Below are positions 49,718-60,489 of a DNA stretch of 64,000 nucleotides, one piece after another. Every line of letters begins with the position of its first letter. The first letter of the stretch is position 1. The notes below the pieces were generated by a model that worked only from the letters and a program-made list of their open reading frames with translations, made no database searches and was not told where the DNA came from. This DNA is from Anaerolineae bacterium. GTDB taxonomy: Bacteria > Chloroflexota > Anaerolineae > J102. The position numbers were made by a program, and so were the translations under genes. The DNA lies in contig JALXCB010000044.1 in NCBI GenBank assembly GCA_026991225.1, positions 6,490-70,489 of the forward strand, read 5' to 3'.

Positions 49718-52105
49718 TCAATACCGCAATTTGGGCTTGAGCTCGATGGGATCGCCCACGGGATTCCCGGCGGGATCGAGCAATTGCAGTGAGAGGCGGT
49801 GATGCCGGCCCGTGGCCCGTTCGGGCGGCAGGGGGATGGCGTGCTCGCCGCGCCAGGGCAGGTCCGGCAGCCATTGGCTGGTGGGATAGCCCGGCCCGGC
49901 CAGGGGATAGCGTCCCAGTGCCGCGTCATCCATGCGGAATTCGAATTGATAATCGCCGTCAGGCGGCTCCAGCGCCTGCCAGAAGGTGGTGAGATGCAGG
50001 ATATCGCCCGGCTGCAGGGGCGTGTCGGGCGCATGAGCGAAGCCCTGCTTATAGCGGTCGTGCCCCAGAAAGCGGAAGGGGCCGCGGACTTCGTCCGCAG
50101 GATAGCGGATGGAGAGGATGGCCAGGGGCGGCGCTTCCGCGGGCGGAACGATGGTCACATCCCCCAACAACAGATAGTTGCCCTGCGCGCCTTCGCCCGA
50201 GACCGGCAGCCGCGCCCCCGTAGCCGCGTCATACACCGCCAGGATGAGGGGATAGCCGCCCGGCGGCGTAGCCAGAGGGATGGCCAGGCCATAGCCATCC
50301 TCGACGGTCTCGCCCGGTCGCCAGGAAGTGGTGGGGCGAGCGCCGCCGTTGGGCTCGCTGTCCACCTGCGCCACCACTTGATTGGCCGGGTCCAGCAATT
50401 GCAGGGTGATCTTGTAGCGAGTCTCCAAAGGCGCGGTCGCCAGCCAGGCTAACCGCACCTGGGCGATATCTCCCGGCTGCAAGGAGTCTGAGCTGTATCC
50501 TGCGGCCTCCAACAGAATGTTCTCGCCAAAGTGCACGGGTTGGTCAAAGGGAATGAGTTCGGGCGGGGGGGCGGCGCTGTACGCCACGAAACGCAGCCGT
50601 CCCACCCAGGCGTCCCAGGCCTTGAACGCGTGCTGGCCCAGATAGCGCTCGATGAAACCATCCGGGTCGGCCTGTTCTGTGGCCCAATAGATGGCGAAGA
50701 TGCGATGCGCCCGCGCCAGAATGGCGTCGAGCTGCGCTTGCGTCCGGGCCTTGTCCATGGGACGGGTCTCGGGCAGAGGATAGACGGGCGCGGGCCCGTG
50801 GTCGTACTCGCTGAACGCGTCGATCTGGCCCGGCGCCACCAGAATGATGGCGTCGTCAGGCCCGGCCACGGCCTTGAGATAGGCGGCGATGCCGCGATAA
50901 TCGTCCCGTGCCACCGCCGGGTCATGATAATAATGGTTGAGGGAGGGGATCGCGGGCAGGGCCAGCGCCAGCACGAAGATGGGCGTCAGCGTATAGGCCC
51001 GGATGGTCGCCCAATCCCGCTGCTCCCCGCGCATGACGATGCGGGGACGGTGCAGGGAGGGGATGCCCACCGCATCCAGCCCAAGGGCCAGGAGCAGCAG
51101 ATAGGCGGGCAGAGCCAGAATCAGGAATTTGAAGAAGGTGGGGGTGAACGCGCCCGAGATCATCATAGCCGCGATGGGCAGCAACAGCCACAGCATGGGC
51201 AGCGTCAGCCGGGCCCAGGTCATGCGTTTGCGACGCCACTGCCGCCACACGCCCCAGCCGATGAGAGCCGCCGCGAACAGAGCCGCGACCATCTGCGCCA
51301 GGGGATGGATGGGGCAGGGAATGGGGCCGCAGGTGAAGAGCTGGAAGGTCGCGGCCAGGGCCTGCATCCCATTGAGCGTCACTTCGGGCCGGGGCCAGAC
51401 CGCGAGCTGGCGCAGGGCGATGGGCAGCCAGGGCAGGAACAGCAGCGCCACCACTCCTTGCAGGATAGCCCAATACAGCAGATGCAGCCCCTTGCGCCTC
51501 ACCTTCCCGTTGGAAACAATCAGCCAGATCAAAAAGACCGCGTTCAGGGTGACGAGATGGATGGGGAAAGCGTAGTGCGTGTAGAGGCCCAGGGTGGCGA
51601 AAAACAGGTAGAACAGCGAGGCGGCGACGGGCGGCCATTTGCCCGACTCAGGCGCATCCTGCACCCAATGCAGAAAGGCCCAGGCGCTGAACACGCCCGC
51701 CAGCGCCAAAAGCTGATACATGCGCGCTTCCTGGCTGTAATAAATGAGGAAGGGATTGATGGCGGCCAGCAACGCGGCCAGCAGCCCCGTGCGCTTGTTC
51801 TTCAGCATCGCCCCCGCCAGATACACTCCCAGCACGACGATCACCCCCAGCGTGGCGGAGAGGCTGCGCGCGCCCTTCTCATCCAATCCAAAAACGCTCC
51901 CCCAGACTTTGAGCAGCAGATAATAGGCCGGCGGATGGATATCCGCGGCCGCGGCCTGGAGAATATTGCCCGTCGATTCCCGGGCCAACACCACCGAATT
52001 GCCTTCATCCGCCCAGAAACTCTGACCGTCCAGCAGATAAAACCGCAACGCCGCGGCCAGCAGCAGGATCAGCAGCAAGATCAGGAGGGGGAGCGCTCGC
52101 TTCAT
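49718..52105 (-). CDS. large GT39/ArnT-like membrane glycosyltransferase with C-terminal extracytoplasmic domain
   Basis: N-terminal polytopic region with ArnT/PMT_2 motifs (FWADEGNSVVLARE..., NPFLIYYSQEARMYQL); ~450-aa soluble C-domain. Confidence 0.7.
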   Translation of the reverse strand: MKRALPLLILLLILLLAAALRFYLLDGQSFWADEGNSVVLARESTGNILQAAAADIHPPAYYLLLKVWGSVFGLDEKGARSLSATLGVIVVLGVYLAGAMLKNKRTGLLAALLAAINPFLIYYSQEARMYQLLALAGVFSAWAFLHWVQDAPESGKWPPVAASLFYLFFATLGLYTHYAFPIHLVTLNAVFLIWLIVSNGKVRRKGLHLLYWAILQGVVALLFLPWLPIALRQLAVWPRPEVTLNGMQALAATFQLFTCGPIPCPIHPLAQMVAALFAAALIGWGVWRQWRRKRMTWARLTLPMLWLLLPIAAMMISGAFTPTFFKFLILALPAYLLLLALGLDAVGIPSLHRPRIVMRGEQRDWATIRAYTLTPIFVLALALPAIPSLNHYYHDPAVARDDYRGIAAYLKAVAGPDDAIILVAPGQIDAFSEYDHGPAPVYPLPETRPMDKARTQAQLDAILARAHRIFAIYWATEQADPDGFIERYLGQHAFKAWDAWVGRLRFVAYSAAPPPELIPFDQPVHFGENILLEAAGYSSDSLQPGDIAQVRLAWLATAPLETRYKITLQLLDPANQVVAQVDSEPNGGARPTTSWRPGETVEDGYGLAIPLATPPGGYPLILAVYDAATGARLPVSGEGAQGNYLLLGDVTIVPPAEAPPLAILSIRYPADEVRGPFRFLGHDRYKQGFAHAPDTPLQPGDILHLTTFWQALEPPDGDYQFEFRMDDAALGRYPLAGPGYPTSQWLPDLPWRGEHAIPLPPERATGRHHRLSLQLLDPAGNPVGDPIELKPKLRY

Positions 52106-52382
52106 GAATGGATATTATCGAACCAGAGGGGGCGATCACGCAAATCTGCGTTGAAAATAGAGTTTGGTAAACCGGGAAACCGGTAGACCAGTAGACCGGG
52201 AGGGTGAGCGAATCGGCCCGGTTTCCCTGGTTTCCTGGTTTACCGGTTTACGGGGCTACGTAGCCCGCCATTTTCATCCGTATCGGCAAGCGATCGGTCG
52301 TGTCGCCTGCGTTGAAAACAGGATTAGAGAACGCGGATGACGCAGATTGAAACGGATGAGCGCTGATAATAAAGAAAAAATC

Positions 52383-52535
52383 GTAACTACTAACGTACTC
52401 GATTTCAGGCCTCGAAAAGCCACGAAGGCTCGAAGTTTTTCGAAGACACGAAGGAAAAATAAAGGAAAAACTTCGTGCCTTCGTTTTTCTTCGTATCTTC
52501 GTGGCAAAAAGCGGTGGCGAGACCTTAGTAGTTAC
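52383..52535. mobile_element. MITE-A copy with TSD AAAAAATC, inserted in a family-C repeat
   Basis: TIRs GTAACTACTAACGT / ACCTTAGTAGTTAC; TSD 52375-52382 = 52536-52543. Confidence 0.85.
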
Positions 52536-52738
52536 AAAAAATCTGTGAAAATCATCTGCGAAAATCAGCGTCGCATCCGCATTATCAGCGTTCTCCTTTT
52601 CATCCGTATCGGCGAGCTGTCGCTCGGGCCGAGTGCGTTGAAGATAGAAGGGCAGGCTTGCGACGTTGGCGGGCGGCTTTGTACAATAGCGAAGACATTT
52701 CCAACCCCTCATTCCCTATCCAGACACGCCAACATCCC

Positions 52739-53989
52739 ATGCAATTCTCCAAACTCGGACAGAAATTCACGGCCCATTCGGGCATCATGCAACTCATGGC
52801 CGACCTGGGCGAGGCGCTGAACAGCGACCAACCCATGATCATGCTGGGCGGCGGCAATCCCGCCAAGATCCCCCAGGTGCAACAGGTGTTGCGCCAGCGC
52901 ACCTACGACATCCTGCTGGATGAAGCCCGCTTCGACAGCATCATCGGCGATTACGCGCCGCCCGCAGGCAATTTCGCCTTTCGCAAGGCCATGGCAGACC
53001 TGCTGCGTCGGGAATTCGGCTGGAAGCTGGGGCCGGAGAACATCGCCCTCACCAACGGCAGCCAGACCGCATTCTTCTACCTGTTCAATCTCTTCGGCGG
53101 CGAAACGCCCGATGGCGGCTTCCGTCGCATTCTCCTGCCTCTCACCCCCGAATACATCGGCTATGCCGATGCGGGCGTGGCCGAGGACCTCTTCGTCTCC
53201 GCCAAACCCAGCATCGAATATCTGGACGACGTGCTCTACAAATACCACGTGGATTTCGCCCATCTGGACGTGGGCGATGACATTGCGGCCATCTGCGTCT
53301 CCCGCCCCACGAATCCCACGGGCAACGTGCTCACCGACAAGGAAATGGCGCATCTCGCCCAGATTGCTCGCGAGCATGACATCCCCCTGATCATCGACGG
53401 GGCCTACGGCACGCCCTTCCCCAACATCATCTTCACCCAGGCCCAACCCCTGTGGGATGACCATATCGTACTGCTGCTCAGCCTCTCCAAGCTGGGGATG
53501 CCGGGCGCGCGCACCGGCATCGTCGTGGCCAATGAGACCATCGTCCAGGCCATTGCCAGCATGAACGCCATCGCCAGCCTGGCGCCGGGCAACATCGGCG
53601 CGGGCATCGCCCAGGATATGGCCCGCACGGGCGAACTCATCCGTCTGGGTCAGGAGGTGGTGGGGCCTTACTACCGGGCCATGGCCCAGAAGACGCTGGG
53701 CTGGTTCGCCGAGGCCATGGGCGATACGCCCTACCGCATCCACAAGCCCGAAGGTGCATTCTTCCTGTGGGTGTGGTTCCCCGACCTGCCCATCACCAGC
53801 GCCGAGCTCTACGCCCGCCTCAAAGACCGGGGCGTCATCGTCGTGCCCGGCCACTACTTCTTCCCCGGCCTGAAGGAGGACTGGCGGCATCGCTATGAAT
53901 GCCTGCGGGTGAGCTACGCCCAGCCGGATGACGTGGTGCGGCGGGGCGTCGCCATCATCGCCGAGGAAGCGCGGCGGGCCTATGAGTAG
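52739..53989 (+). CDS. class I/II PLP aminotransferase (valine-pyruvate/alanine aminotransferase-like)
   Basis: [17 protein letters not shown]-lysine; start MQFSK at 52739. Confidence 0.8.
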   Translation: MQFSKLGQKFTAHSGIMQLMADLGEALNSDQPMIMLGGGNPAKIPQVQQVLRQRTYDILLDEARFDSIIGDYAPPAGNFAFRKAMADLLRREFGWKLGPENIALTNGSQTAFFYLFNLFGGETPDGGFRRILLPLTPEYIGYADAGVAEDLFVSAKPSIEYLDDVLYKYHVDFAHLDVGDDIAAICVSRPTNPTGNVLTDKEMAHLAQIAREHDIPLIIDGAYGTPFPNIIFTQAQPLWDDHIVLLLSLSKLGMPGARTGIVVANETIVQAIASMNAIASLAPGNIGAGIAQDMARTGELIRLGQEVVGPYYRAMAQKTLGWFAEAMGDTPYRIHKPEGAFFLWVWFPDLPITSAELYARLKDRGVIVVPGHYFFPGLKEDWRHRYECLRVSYAQPDDVVRRGVAIIAEEARRAYE

Positions 53990-54995
53990 CCCCACCCCTC
54001 TGCAAAAAGCCTGGCTGGCCCGGCTGCGGCCCGAACTGCCCCGCTACTTCCCCGACGCCCGCGGGCATCTCGACCTGCGCATCGCGGGCCCGCCCGAACT
54101 GCGCACAAACTCCCGACTCTTCCCCTTCACCCTCCTGGAAGACGGCCTGCCCCGGGCCGAGATCCTGGTGAAAGCGCCCCAGGGCCGCAAGGCCGCGAAT
54201 GTGCGCCTGGCATTCGAGGCCTACCGGCTGCTGAACAGGCGCCTGGCGGACGATCCCGATCTGGCCGCGCCCGAGGCGTTGGACGCGTGGGAGGATCCCC
54301 CCGCCCTGATCATGATCCGGGCCGAGGGCGATCCTCTCTACCTGCGCCTGCGTGATTGCCGCAACTGGGCTGGCGAGGCGGGCTGTCAGCTGGCCCAGAA
54401 CTTCGTGAAGCAGGCGGGGCGCTGGCTGGCCCGGCTGCACGACACGCGCCCGCCCGACTGGTCCCGGCCCGCGCCCGCGCCCCTGGCCCGGCTGGACGAT
54501 TGGCTGAACACGCTCCGGGCCCATGGCATCGATCCTCTGGAAGAGAAGCGCATTCGCGATCGAACGCGCATTCTGGCCGACGCCCCGCCATCTGGGGCAG
54601 CCCCCCTGCATGGGGACTTCACCCTGCGCAATGTGCTTTGCAGGCTGCCCCAGCATATCACCGTCCTCGACACGGAGCTGGCGCAACACGGCGACCCCGC
54701 GGCCGATATCGGCTGGTTCCTGGCGGCGCTGCACGCCATCGACAAATGGCAGATCGTGGGCGGGGAGATGGTCTACACCCGCGCGGTCATCCGCCAGACC
54801 GAAAACGCGTTCCTGCAAGGGTATGAGTCGGTGCGCCCGCTGCCGCCGAAGGAGATCATCCGGGCCTACACGACCCTACGGCTGACGGAACGCTGGGCGG
54901 AGTTTGTGGAGCGGGAGAAGCAGCGCGACATCGCGGGGCTGCGCACCTTCGTCATCCGCCGCATCAATCAGCATTTCGTGCGGGCGATGGGTTGA
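53982..54995 (+). CDS. phosphotransferase-family protein (APH/choline kinase fold)
   Basis: [11 protein letters not shown] (HGD) and [18 protein letters not shown] motifs; ATG overlaps the upstream stop. Confidence 0.65.
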   Translation: MSSPTPLQKAWLARLRPELPRYFPDARGHLDLRIAGPPELRTNSRLFPFTLLEDGLPRAEILVKAPQGRKAANVRLAFEAYRLLNRRLADDPDLAAPEALDAWEDPPALIMIRAEGDPLYLRLRDCRNWAGEAGCQLAQNFVKQAGRWLARLHDTRPPDWSRPAPAPLARLDDWLNTLRAHGIDPLEEKRIRDRTRILADAPPSGAAPLHGDFTLRNVLCRLPQHITVLDTELAQHGDPAADIGWFLAALHAIDKWQIVGGEMVYTRAVIRQTENAFLQGYESVRPLPPKEIIRAYTTLRLTERWAEFVEREKQRDIAGLRTFVIRRINQHFVRAMG

Positions 54996-55019
54996 GGGCG
55001 TCCTTGAGATCGGGGTGGG

Positions 55020-55115
55020 CGTTCCGAAAAGAAAAAAGCTGTGAAAATCATCTGCGAAAATCAGCGTCGTATCCGCGTCATCTGCGTTCCCATTTTCATC
55101 CGTATCGGCGAGCTT
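55020..55115. repeat. family-C repeat (GAAAATCATCTGCGAAAATCAGCGTCG...CCATTTTCATCCGTATCGGCGAGCT)
   Basis: Copies at 52536-52625, 26150-26230 (partial), inverted partial at 52262-52375; shares the ...TTTTCrTyCGTATCGGCGAGCT module with family B. Confidence 0.7.
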
Positions 55116-55244
55116 TCGTTCCACCTTAAATTGCAGACGCCTCAAATCCAACTTGACGAATCTTCGAGAACCGTTTATCATATCCCCTCATTATCTTGAA
55201 TTCTTTACACAAAAAGGATTTTCACAACAGGTTCTTTTGAAGGG

Positions 55245-55742
55245 ATGGCATCAATGTCGTTTCAACACAAACTGGATAAGATCGATTTCAAAATCCTGGA
55301 CATTCTGCAACGAGAAGGGCGCATCAGTAACGCAGAACTGGCGCGGCGCATCGACCTCTCACAACCCGCCACCCACGCCCGCCTCAAGCGGCTGGAGCAA
55401 AGCGGCATCATCCACGCCTACATGGCGGTGCTGGATCGGGAGAAGCTGGGGTTCGAAATGCTGTGCTTCGTCCATGTCACCCTGGAAAAACACCAACCCG
55501 ATTGGGTGAAGACCTTCCATGAGCGGGTGACGGAGATGCCCGAGGTTGTGGAATGCTATCACGTCACGGGCGACTTCGATTATCTCCTCAAAGTCGTCAT
55601 GCACCAGCGACGCGACCTGGAAGATTTTCTGGTGGATAAACTCTCGCGCATTCCCGGAGTGGGACGGGTGCACACCAGCGTCGTGCTGCGCGAGGTCAAA
55701 GAGACAAACGTTTTGCCCATCCTTCCCGAACAAGAAACCTAG
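55245..55742 (+). CDS. lrp: Lrp/AsnC-family transcriptional regulator
   Basis: LDKIDFKILDILQREGRISNAELARRIDLSQPATHARLKRLEQSGII HTH plus RAM domain. Confidence 0.85.
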   Translation: MASMSFQHKLDKIDFKILDILQREGRISNAELARRIDLSQPATHARLKRLEQSGIIHAYMAVLDREKLGFEMLCFVHVTLEKHQPDWVKTFHERVTEMPEVVECYHVTGDFDYLLKVVMHQRRDLEDFLVDKLSRIPGVGRVHTSVVLREVKETNVLPILPEQET

Positions 55743-55783
55743 CGGGCGACGGGGGCGCGGGGCCGTCCGCCGCCCGCCTTCGA

Positions 55784-57013
55784 TTACGCGCCAAAACGTT
55801 TCAGCCGGTCGGCGTAGCCCAGCGCCCAGGGGATGATCTCCGTGGCGTGGAAGACGCCCATAGCGCCGCCCTCGCTGGCCCGCTCCCCGAACGTGGTAAC
55901 GGAATCCTGCATCACGTTCGGGCCCCAGAACAGGGTGGGCACAGGGTGGTAGGAGTGGGCGCGCAGCTTGGCGGGCGTGCTGTGGTCGCCTGTGACGATG
56001 AGCACGCTGGGGCCAAGGGCCAGAATGTCAGGGATGACCGCGTCCACGGCCTCGATCTCGTGGACCTTGGCGTCGAAGTTGCCATCCTCGCCGTAGCTGT
56101 CGGTCTTCTTGATATGGACGAAGAAGAAGTCGTACTCGTCCCACACCGCTTTCAGCGCCGCGACTTCATGGTGAGGCCGGTCGCCCTCGAAATCGATGAC
56201 GGTCATGCCCACCAGTTTGGCCACGCCCTTGTACATGGGGTAGACGGCGATGGCCGCGGCATGGAGCTTGAAGATATCCTGGAATTGCGGCAGGCCCGGG
56301 TCTTTGGCAATGCCGCGCAGATTCAGGCTGTTGGCCCGAGGCTCATCGGCCAGCACGGCCCGCGCCTGCTCGATCCACTTGTTGACCAGCGCCGCGGTGC
56401 GGCCTCCCTCGGGCGTGCCGCTGAGGTCCTCCACGGGCAGAGGGGGCTTGCCCGTGACCAGGGGATCGGTCTCGGTGAGTTCGCCGCCCAGGCCCTCGCC
56501 GCGGAAGACCACCGCGAATCGGTGCTCCTTCACCGGCAACACAAACACCTGGACGCCATCCTCGGCCAGACTCGTGTTCTCTTGCAATTTCTTGGTGAGA
56601 CGGATGCACTCCTCTGTGGGAATGCGCCCGGCGCGGCGGTCTACGATGAGGCCGTTCTCATCCACTGTGGCGAAATTGCCGCGGGCGGCCAGATCGTTGG
56701 GACCGAGGTCGAAGCCGATGCCCAACGCCTCCAGCACGCCCCGCCCGATCTCATACTGCACGGGATCGTAGCTGAACAGGGCCAGATGCGCGGGGCCGGA
56801 GCCGGGTGCAATGCCCGGACGCACGGGGATGGATCGGCCGCTGCTGCCCTCCCGGGCCAGACGATCGAGGTTGGGCGTGTACGCAGCCTCCAGCTCGGTC
56901 AGGCCGTTGGGCTTCATGGGCAGACCGCCCAGTCCGTCCATCACCAGCAGGACGATTTTGTTGTCGTTTTTTTCAGCGAGTTCTTCGTAGACTTTGTGAG
57001 CCGTGATGACCAT
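55784..57013 (-). CDS. apgM: cofactor-independent phosphoglycerate mutase, archaeal type
   Basis: VLLVMDGLGG metalloenzyme pattern; ~409 aa ApgM-like. Confidence 0.85.
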   Translation of the reverse strand: MVITAHKVYEELAEKNDNKIVLLVMDGLGGLPMKPNGLTELEAAYTPNLDRLAREGSSGRSIPVRPGIAPGSGPAHLALFSYDPVQYEIGRGVLEALGIGFDLGPNDLAARGNFATVDENGLIVDRRAGRIPTEECIRLTKKLQENTSLAEDGVQVFVLPVKEHRFAVVFRGEGLGGELTETDPLVTGKPPLPVEDLSGTPEGGRTAALVNKWIEQARAVLADEPRANSLNLRGIAKDPGLPQFQDIFKLHAAAIAVYPMYKGVAKLVGMTVIDFEGDRPHHEVAALKAVWDEYDFFFVHIKKTDSYGEDGNFDAKVHEIEAVDAVIPDILALGPSVLIVTGDHSTPAKLRAHSYHPVPTLFWGPNVMQDSVTTFGERASEGGAMGVFHATEIIPWALGYADRLKRFGA

Positions 57014-57282
57014 GTTGGCCTCCTGCTTTGAAAATAGGATTCGGATTGAGGATCGTCAGGACAACGTTGAGCGAGCCTGCAACGGACGTGATGCGTGAAA
57101 ACGTGAAACGTGAAGGCCTTACGCATCACGCATTACGTTTCACGGGCCGGCTTCCTGCGCGGCCCTGGCCGCGATGCGTTTTCGTTCGTATCGGCGAGCT
57201 TTGGATCAGGGTGCTCGCTTCAAAGAAAAAGGGGATGGCAGCAAACGGCGACCATCCCCTGAGTCAGCGATAGAACGGCGGA

Positions 57283-58389
57283 TCAAACGATCGCCATTTC
57301 GGTATTGGGATCGAACAGGTGCATGTTGGCCATGTTGACCACCAGATCGATGGGCTGGCCGGGCACGGCTCGGGTGCGAGGATCGACGCGGGCAATGAAC
57401 TGCTTGCCGCCCGTCAAGGCGTAGACGAAGATCTCATTCCCCATGAGCTCGAAGAAGTCCACCTCGGCTTTGAGGGGCGCCGCCACGATGTCGGGCGGGG
57501 TGTAGTTCGCTGCGTGGATATCTTCGGGCCGGATGCCGAAGATGAACTGCTGCCCCTTGTACTTGCGCACCCGATCCGCGATTTCGGCAGGCACCTCCAG
57601 GCGGAAGGAGCCGCCATCCACAAACACCTTCTTGGTGTCCTGCTCCTCCACCAGAGTAACGTCGAAGAAATTCATGCTGGGGCTGCCGATGAAGCCCGCC
57701 ACGAAGACATTGGCCGGGTGATTGTAAAGCACCTGGGGTGCATCCACCTGTTGAAGGATGCCGTCGCGCAGCACGGCGATGCGGTCAGCCATGGTCATGG
57801 CCTCCACCTGGTCGTGAGTCACATAGATGAAGGTGGCGCCCAGGCGTTTGTGCAGGCGGGTGAGGTTGGCGCGGGTCTCGACGCGCAATTTCGCATCCAG
57901 GTTGGAAAGGGGCTCGTCCAAAAGGAAGACCTTGGGATTGCGGACGATGGCACGGCCCAGAGCGACGCGCTGACGCTGGCCGCCGGAGAGGGCCTTGGGC
58001 TTGCGGTCCAGCAAATTGCTGATGCCAAGCAGCTCCGCGGCCTCCTTCACCTTCTGATCGATCTCCTTCTTGGGCACCTTGCGCAGCTTCAGACCGAACG
58101 CCATGTTGTCGTAGACGGTCATGTGCGGATAAAGCGCGTAGGATTGGAACACCATGGCGATGTCCCGGTCTTTGGGCGGCACATCGTTCACGATCTTGTC
58201 ATCGATCTTGATGATGCCCTCGGTGATCTCCTCCAGCCCCGCCAACAGCCGCAGAGAGGTCGATTTACCGCACCCGGAGGGGCCGACGTACACCATGAAT
58301 TCCTTGTCATTGATATGCAACGTGAGGTCGTTGACGGCGACGACATCGCCCCAACGCTTGGTTACATGCTCATAATCAACGCTGGCCAT
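57283..58389 (-). CDS. ABC transporter ATP-binding protein (MalK/UgpC sugar-import family)
   Basis: Walker A GPSGCGKST, signature LSGGQRQRVALGRAI, C-terminal TOBE-like domain; no adjacent permease or SBP genes. Confidence 0.9.
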   Translation of the reverse strand: MASVDYEHVTKRWGDVVAVNDLTLHINDKEFMVYVGPSGCGKSTSLRLLAGLEEITEGIIKIDDKIVNDVPPKDRDIAMVFQSYALYPHMTVYDNMAFGLKLRKVPKKEIDQKVKEAAELLGISNLLDRKPKALSGGQRQRVALGRAIVRNPKVFLLDEPLSNLDAKLRVETRANLTRLHKRLGATFIYVTHDQVEAMTMADRIAVLRDGILQQVDAPQVLYNHPANVFVAGFIGSPSMNFFDVTLVEEQDTKKVFVDGGSFRLEVPAEIADRVRKYKGQQFIFGIRPEDIHAANYTPPDIVAAPLKAEVDFFELMGNEIFVYALTGGKQFIARVDPRTRAVPGQPIDLVVNMANMHLFDPNTEMAIV

Positions 58390-59063
58390 GAAAAATCTCC
58401 TTTGTGAGATGGAAGACGCCGTCTATCAGCAGAACTGTTCGGTCGTCAGGTCAGGGCCGGACGCCAGAGGACGGAGCTACTCACCCCGGCTCCCCTGTGG
58501 CCTTTGCGTCCTTGGCTTGTCTGCCTGCGGGCATATCCGCCAACACCGCCTGATAAACGCGTCCGAAGGTCGAAAGATGGTTGGGGAAATGGGAAAACTG
58601 GGAATTCGCGGGAACTTTCTCCGATAATCACCTCCTTTGCAGAACGTGAACGGAAGGAACGTCACAATGTCGACATTATAACGAAGGCGCCCGGCATCCG
58701 TCAAATCGACTTCATCCCCGCCATCCTCGCAGGAAGCATGGGTGTGTCCTTTTTTGGCAGACCTCCGGGAGGTGGCGCTAAACGCTTCGTTTTGCCCCAA
58801 ACCCTGTCGCCACCTCCCGGAGGTCGTCTGCGTCGCCAAATTTCTGGGACGCACCCGGAAGCATCCCTCCCTTGCCCGGCGAGGATGCGATTGCTACAAT
58901 ACAATGACGCAACGACACGACATGGCAAGCTGGGAAGCCAGTAAACCTGGAAACCGGAAAACCTGTAGACCAGGGAAGGCTGCTCGCCTGGTTTCCCGGT
59001 CGACGGATCCACCGGCTTACCGGCCCGCCATCTTCCATATTCCCCATCTCGACCTGACCTCCC

Positions 59064-59486
59064 ATGTGGATTCAAAAGACCATTCATTTGCGCCCGCGAC
59101 CCCGCGGATTCCATCTCATCACCGACGACATTCTGCGGGAAACGCCCGAAATCCGGGAGATTCGCGTGGGCATCATGCACATCTTCATCCAGCACACCTC
59201 CGCCTCCCTGGCCCTGAACGAGAACGCGGACCCCACCGTGCGGGCCGACCTGGAAGCGCACTTCAACAGGCATCTGGCTCCGCCCGACATGCCCTACTTC
59301 CGCCACACCTACGAAGGCCCGGATGACATGCCCGCGCACATCAAAAGCGTGCTCATCGGCAGCTCCCTCACCATCCCCATCACGAACGGGCGTTTGAATC
59401 TGGGAACCTGGCAGGGCGTCTATCTGGGCGAGCATCGGGATCGGGCCCGCGGCCGTCGCCTGGTCGTCACCATCTTTGGAGATTGA
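59064..59486 (+). CDS. yjbQ: YjbQ/UPF0047-family protein
   Basis: HLITDDILRET...HTSASLALNENADPTVRADLE...GTWQGVYLGEHR. Confidence 0.85.
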   Translation: MWIQKTIHLRPRPRGFHLITDDILRETPEIREIRVGIMHIFIQHTSASLALNENADPTVRADLEAHFNRHLAPPDMPYFRHTYEGPDDMPAHIKSVLIGSSLTIPITNGRLNLGTWQGVYLGEHRDRARGRRLVVTIFGD

Positions 59487-59544
59487 CTCTCGACTTTCTT
59501 TTCGCTCCTCCTCCTCCCTGTGGTATACTTTCCCCCGAACTTAT

Positions 59545-59697
59545 GTAACTACTAAGGTCGCGACACCACTTTTTGCCACGAAGACACGAAGAGAACGAAG
59601 GAGCGAAGCCTTCTTCTTTATTTTTCCTTCGTGTCTTCGTAAAACTTCGAGCCTTCGTGGCTTCTTACGACCTAAAGTCGAGTACGTTGGCAGTTAC
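59545..59697. mobile_element. MITE-A copy 30 bp upstream of the SH3-protein gene
   Basis: TIRs GTAACTACTAAGGT / ACGTTGGCAGTTAC; imperfect flanking repeat GAACTTAT / GAACTATC. Confidence 0.75.
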
Positions 59698-59726
59698 GAA
59701 CTATCCTTGTTCCCCCATAAACTTCT

Positions 59727-60275
59727 ATGAAAGAGCGACGCTACCAGCCTCGACGACGACAACAGCGCCCCCGATCTCCATGGGCGGCGTTGCTTATTCC
59801 CTTTCTGGCGATCCTGATCACGGGCGGGCTGTTCTACGTGCTGGCGACTATGCTGGGCGGCGGCGTCATTCCCACGCCCACGCCCACCGTGGCCACGGGC
59901 GAAGTGGCGCAAGGGCTACCCACGCCCACGCCCGCGGAGCCGACCCCCACGCCCACGCCTGTGGAGCCGACCCCCACGCCCACCCCTGAGCCGCCCACGC
60001 CCACGCCCACGCCTCCTCCTGATGTGCTGCAAGTGGGCGGCAAGGCCACGGTCAACGCGGAAGCGGGCCTGCGCGTGCGCAGCGGCCCCGGCACCAGCTT
60101 CGACCTGGTCATCACCCTGCCCTACGGCATGGTGGTCGATATCGTGGGCGGGCCCGAGCGCGCCGATAGCTACACCTGGTGGCAGATCGAATTCTCCACG
60201 CCCGACGGCGAGAAGCAACAGGGTTGGGTCGCAGGCGACTTCCTGGACCCGGGCGTGCAGAATTACAATCAGTAA
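59727..60275 (+). CDS. membrane-anchored SH3b-domain protein with Pro/Thr linker
   Basis: N-terminal TM helix, PTPTPT-rich linker, C-terminal bacterial SH3 fold (GLRVRSGPGTSFDLVITLPYGMVVDIV...WWQIEF). Confidence 0.7.
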   Translation: MKERRYQPRRRQQRPRSPWAALLIPFLAILITGGLFYVLATMLGGGVIPTPTPTVATGEVAQGLPTPTPAEPTPTPTPVEPTPTPTPEPPTPTPTPPPDVLQVGGKATVNAEAGLRVRSGPGTSFDLVITLPYGMVVDIVGGPERADSYTWWQIEFSTPDGEKQQGWVAGDFLDPGVQNYNQ

Positions 60276-60292
60276 TTGGAAGCCAGTAGACC

Positions 60293-60475
60293 CGTAGACC
60301 AGCCGCCGCCCGCAGGTGAACCTGCGGGCTAAAAACGACGCCCCATAAATGGGGCTATGGCGCATGTCGCGCGCCGCGGGAAGCCGGGTTCACCCGGCGT
60401 CGTTTCGTAGCCCGGAGCTTCAGCTCCGGGTGGCCGAGGCCGAAAACACCTGATTTCAAAATGCGTTTAGTTTAA
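60293..60475. repeat. family-E repeat (~180 bp, internal hairpins CCGGAGCTGAAGCTCCGG and CCCGCAGGTGAACCTGCGGG)
   Basis: Second copy at 27650-28000 in opposite orientation, interrupted by a MITE-A. Confidence 0.75.
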
Positions 60476-60489
60476 CTCACAAGCCCGTC

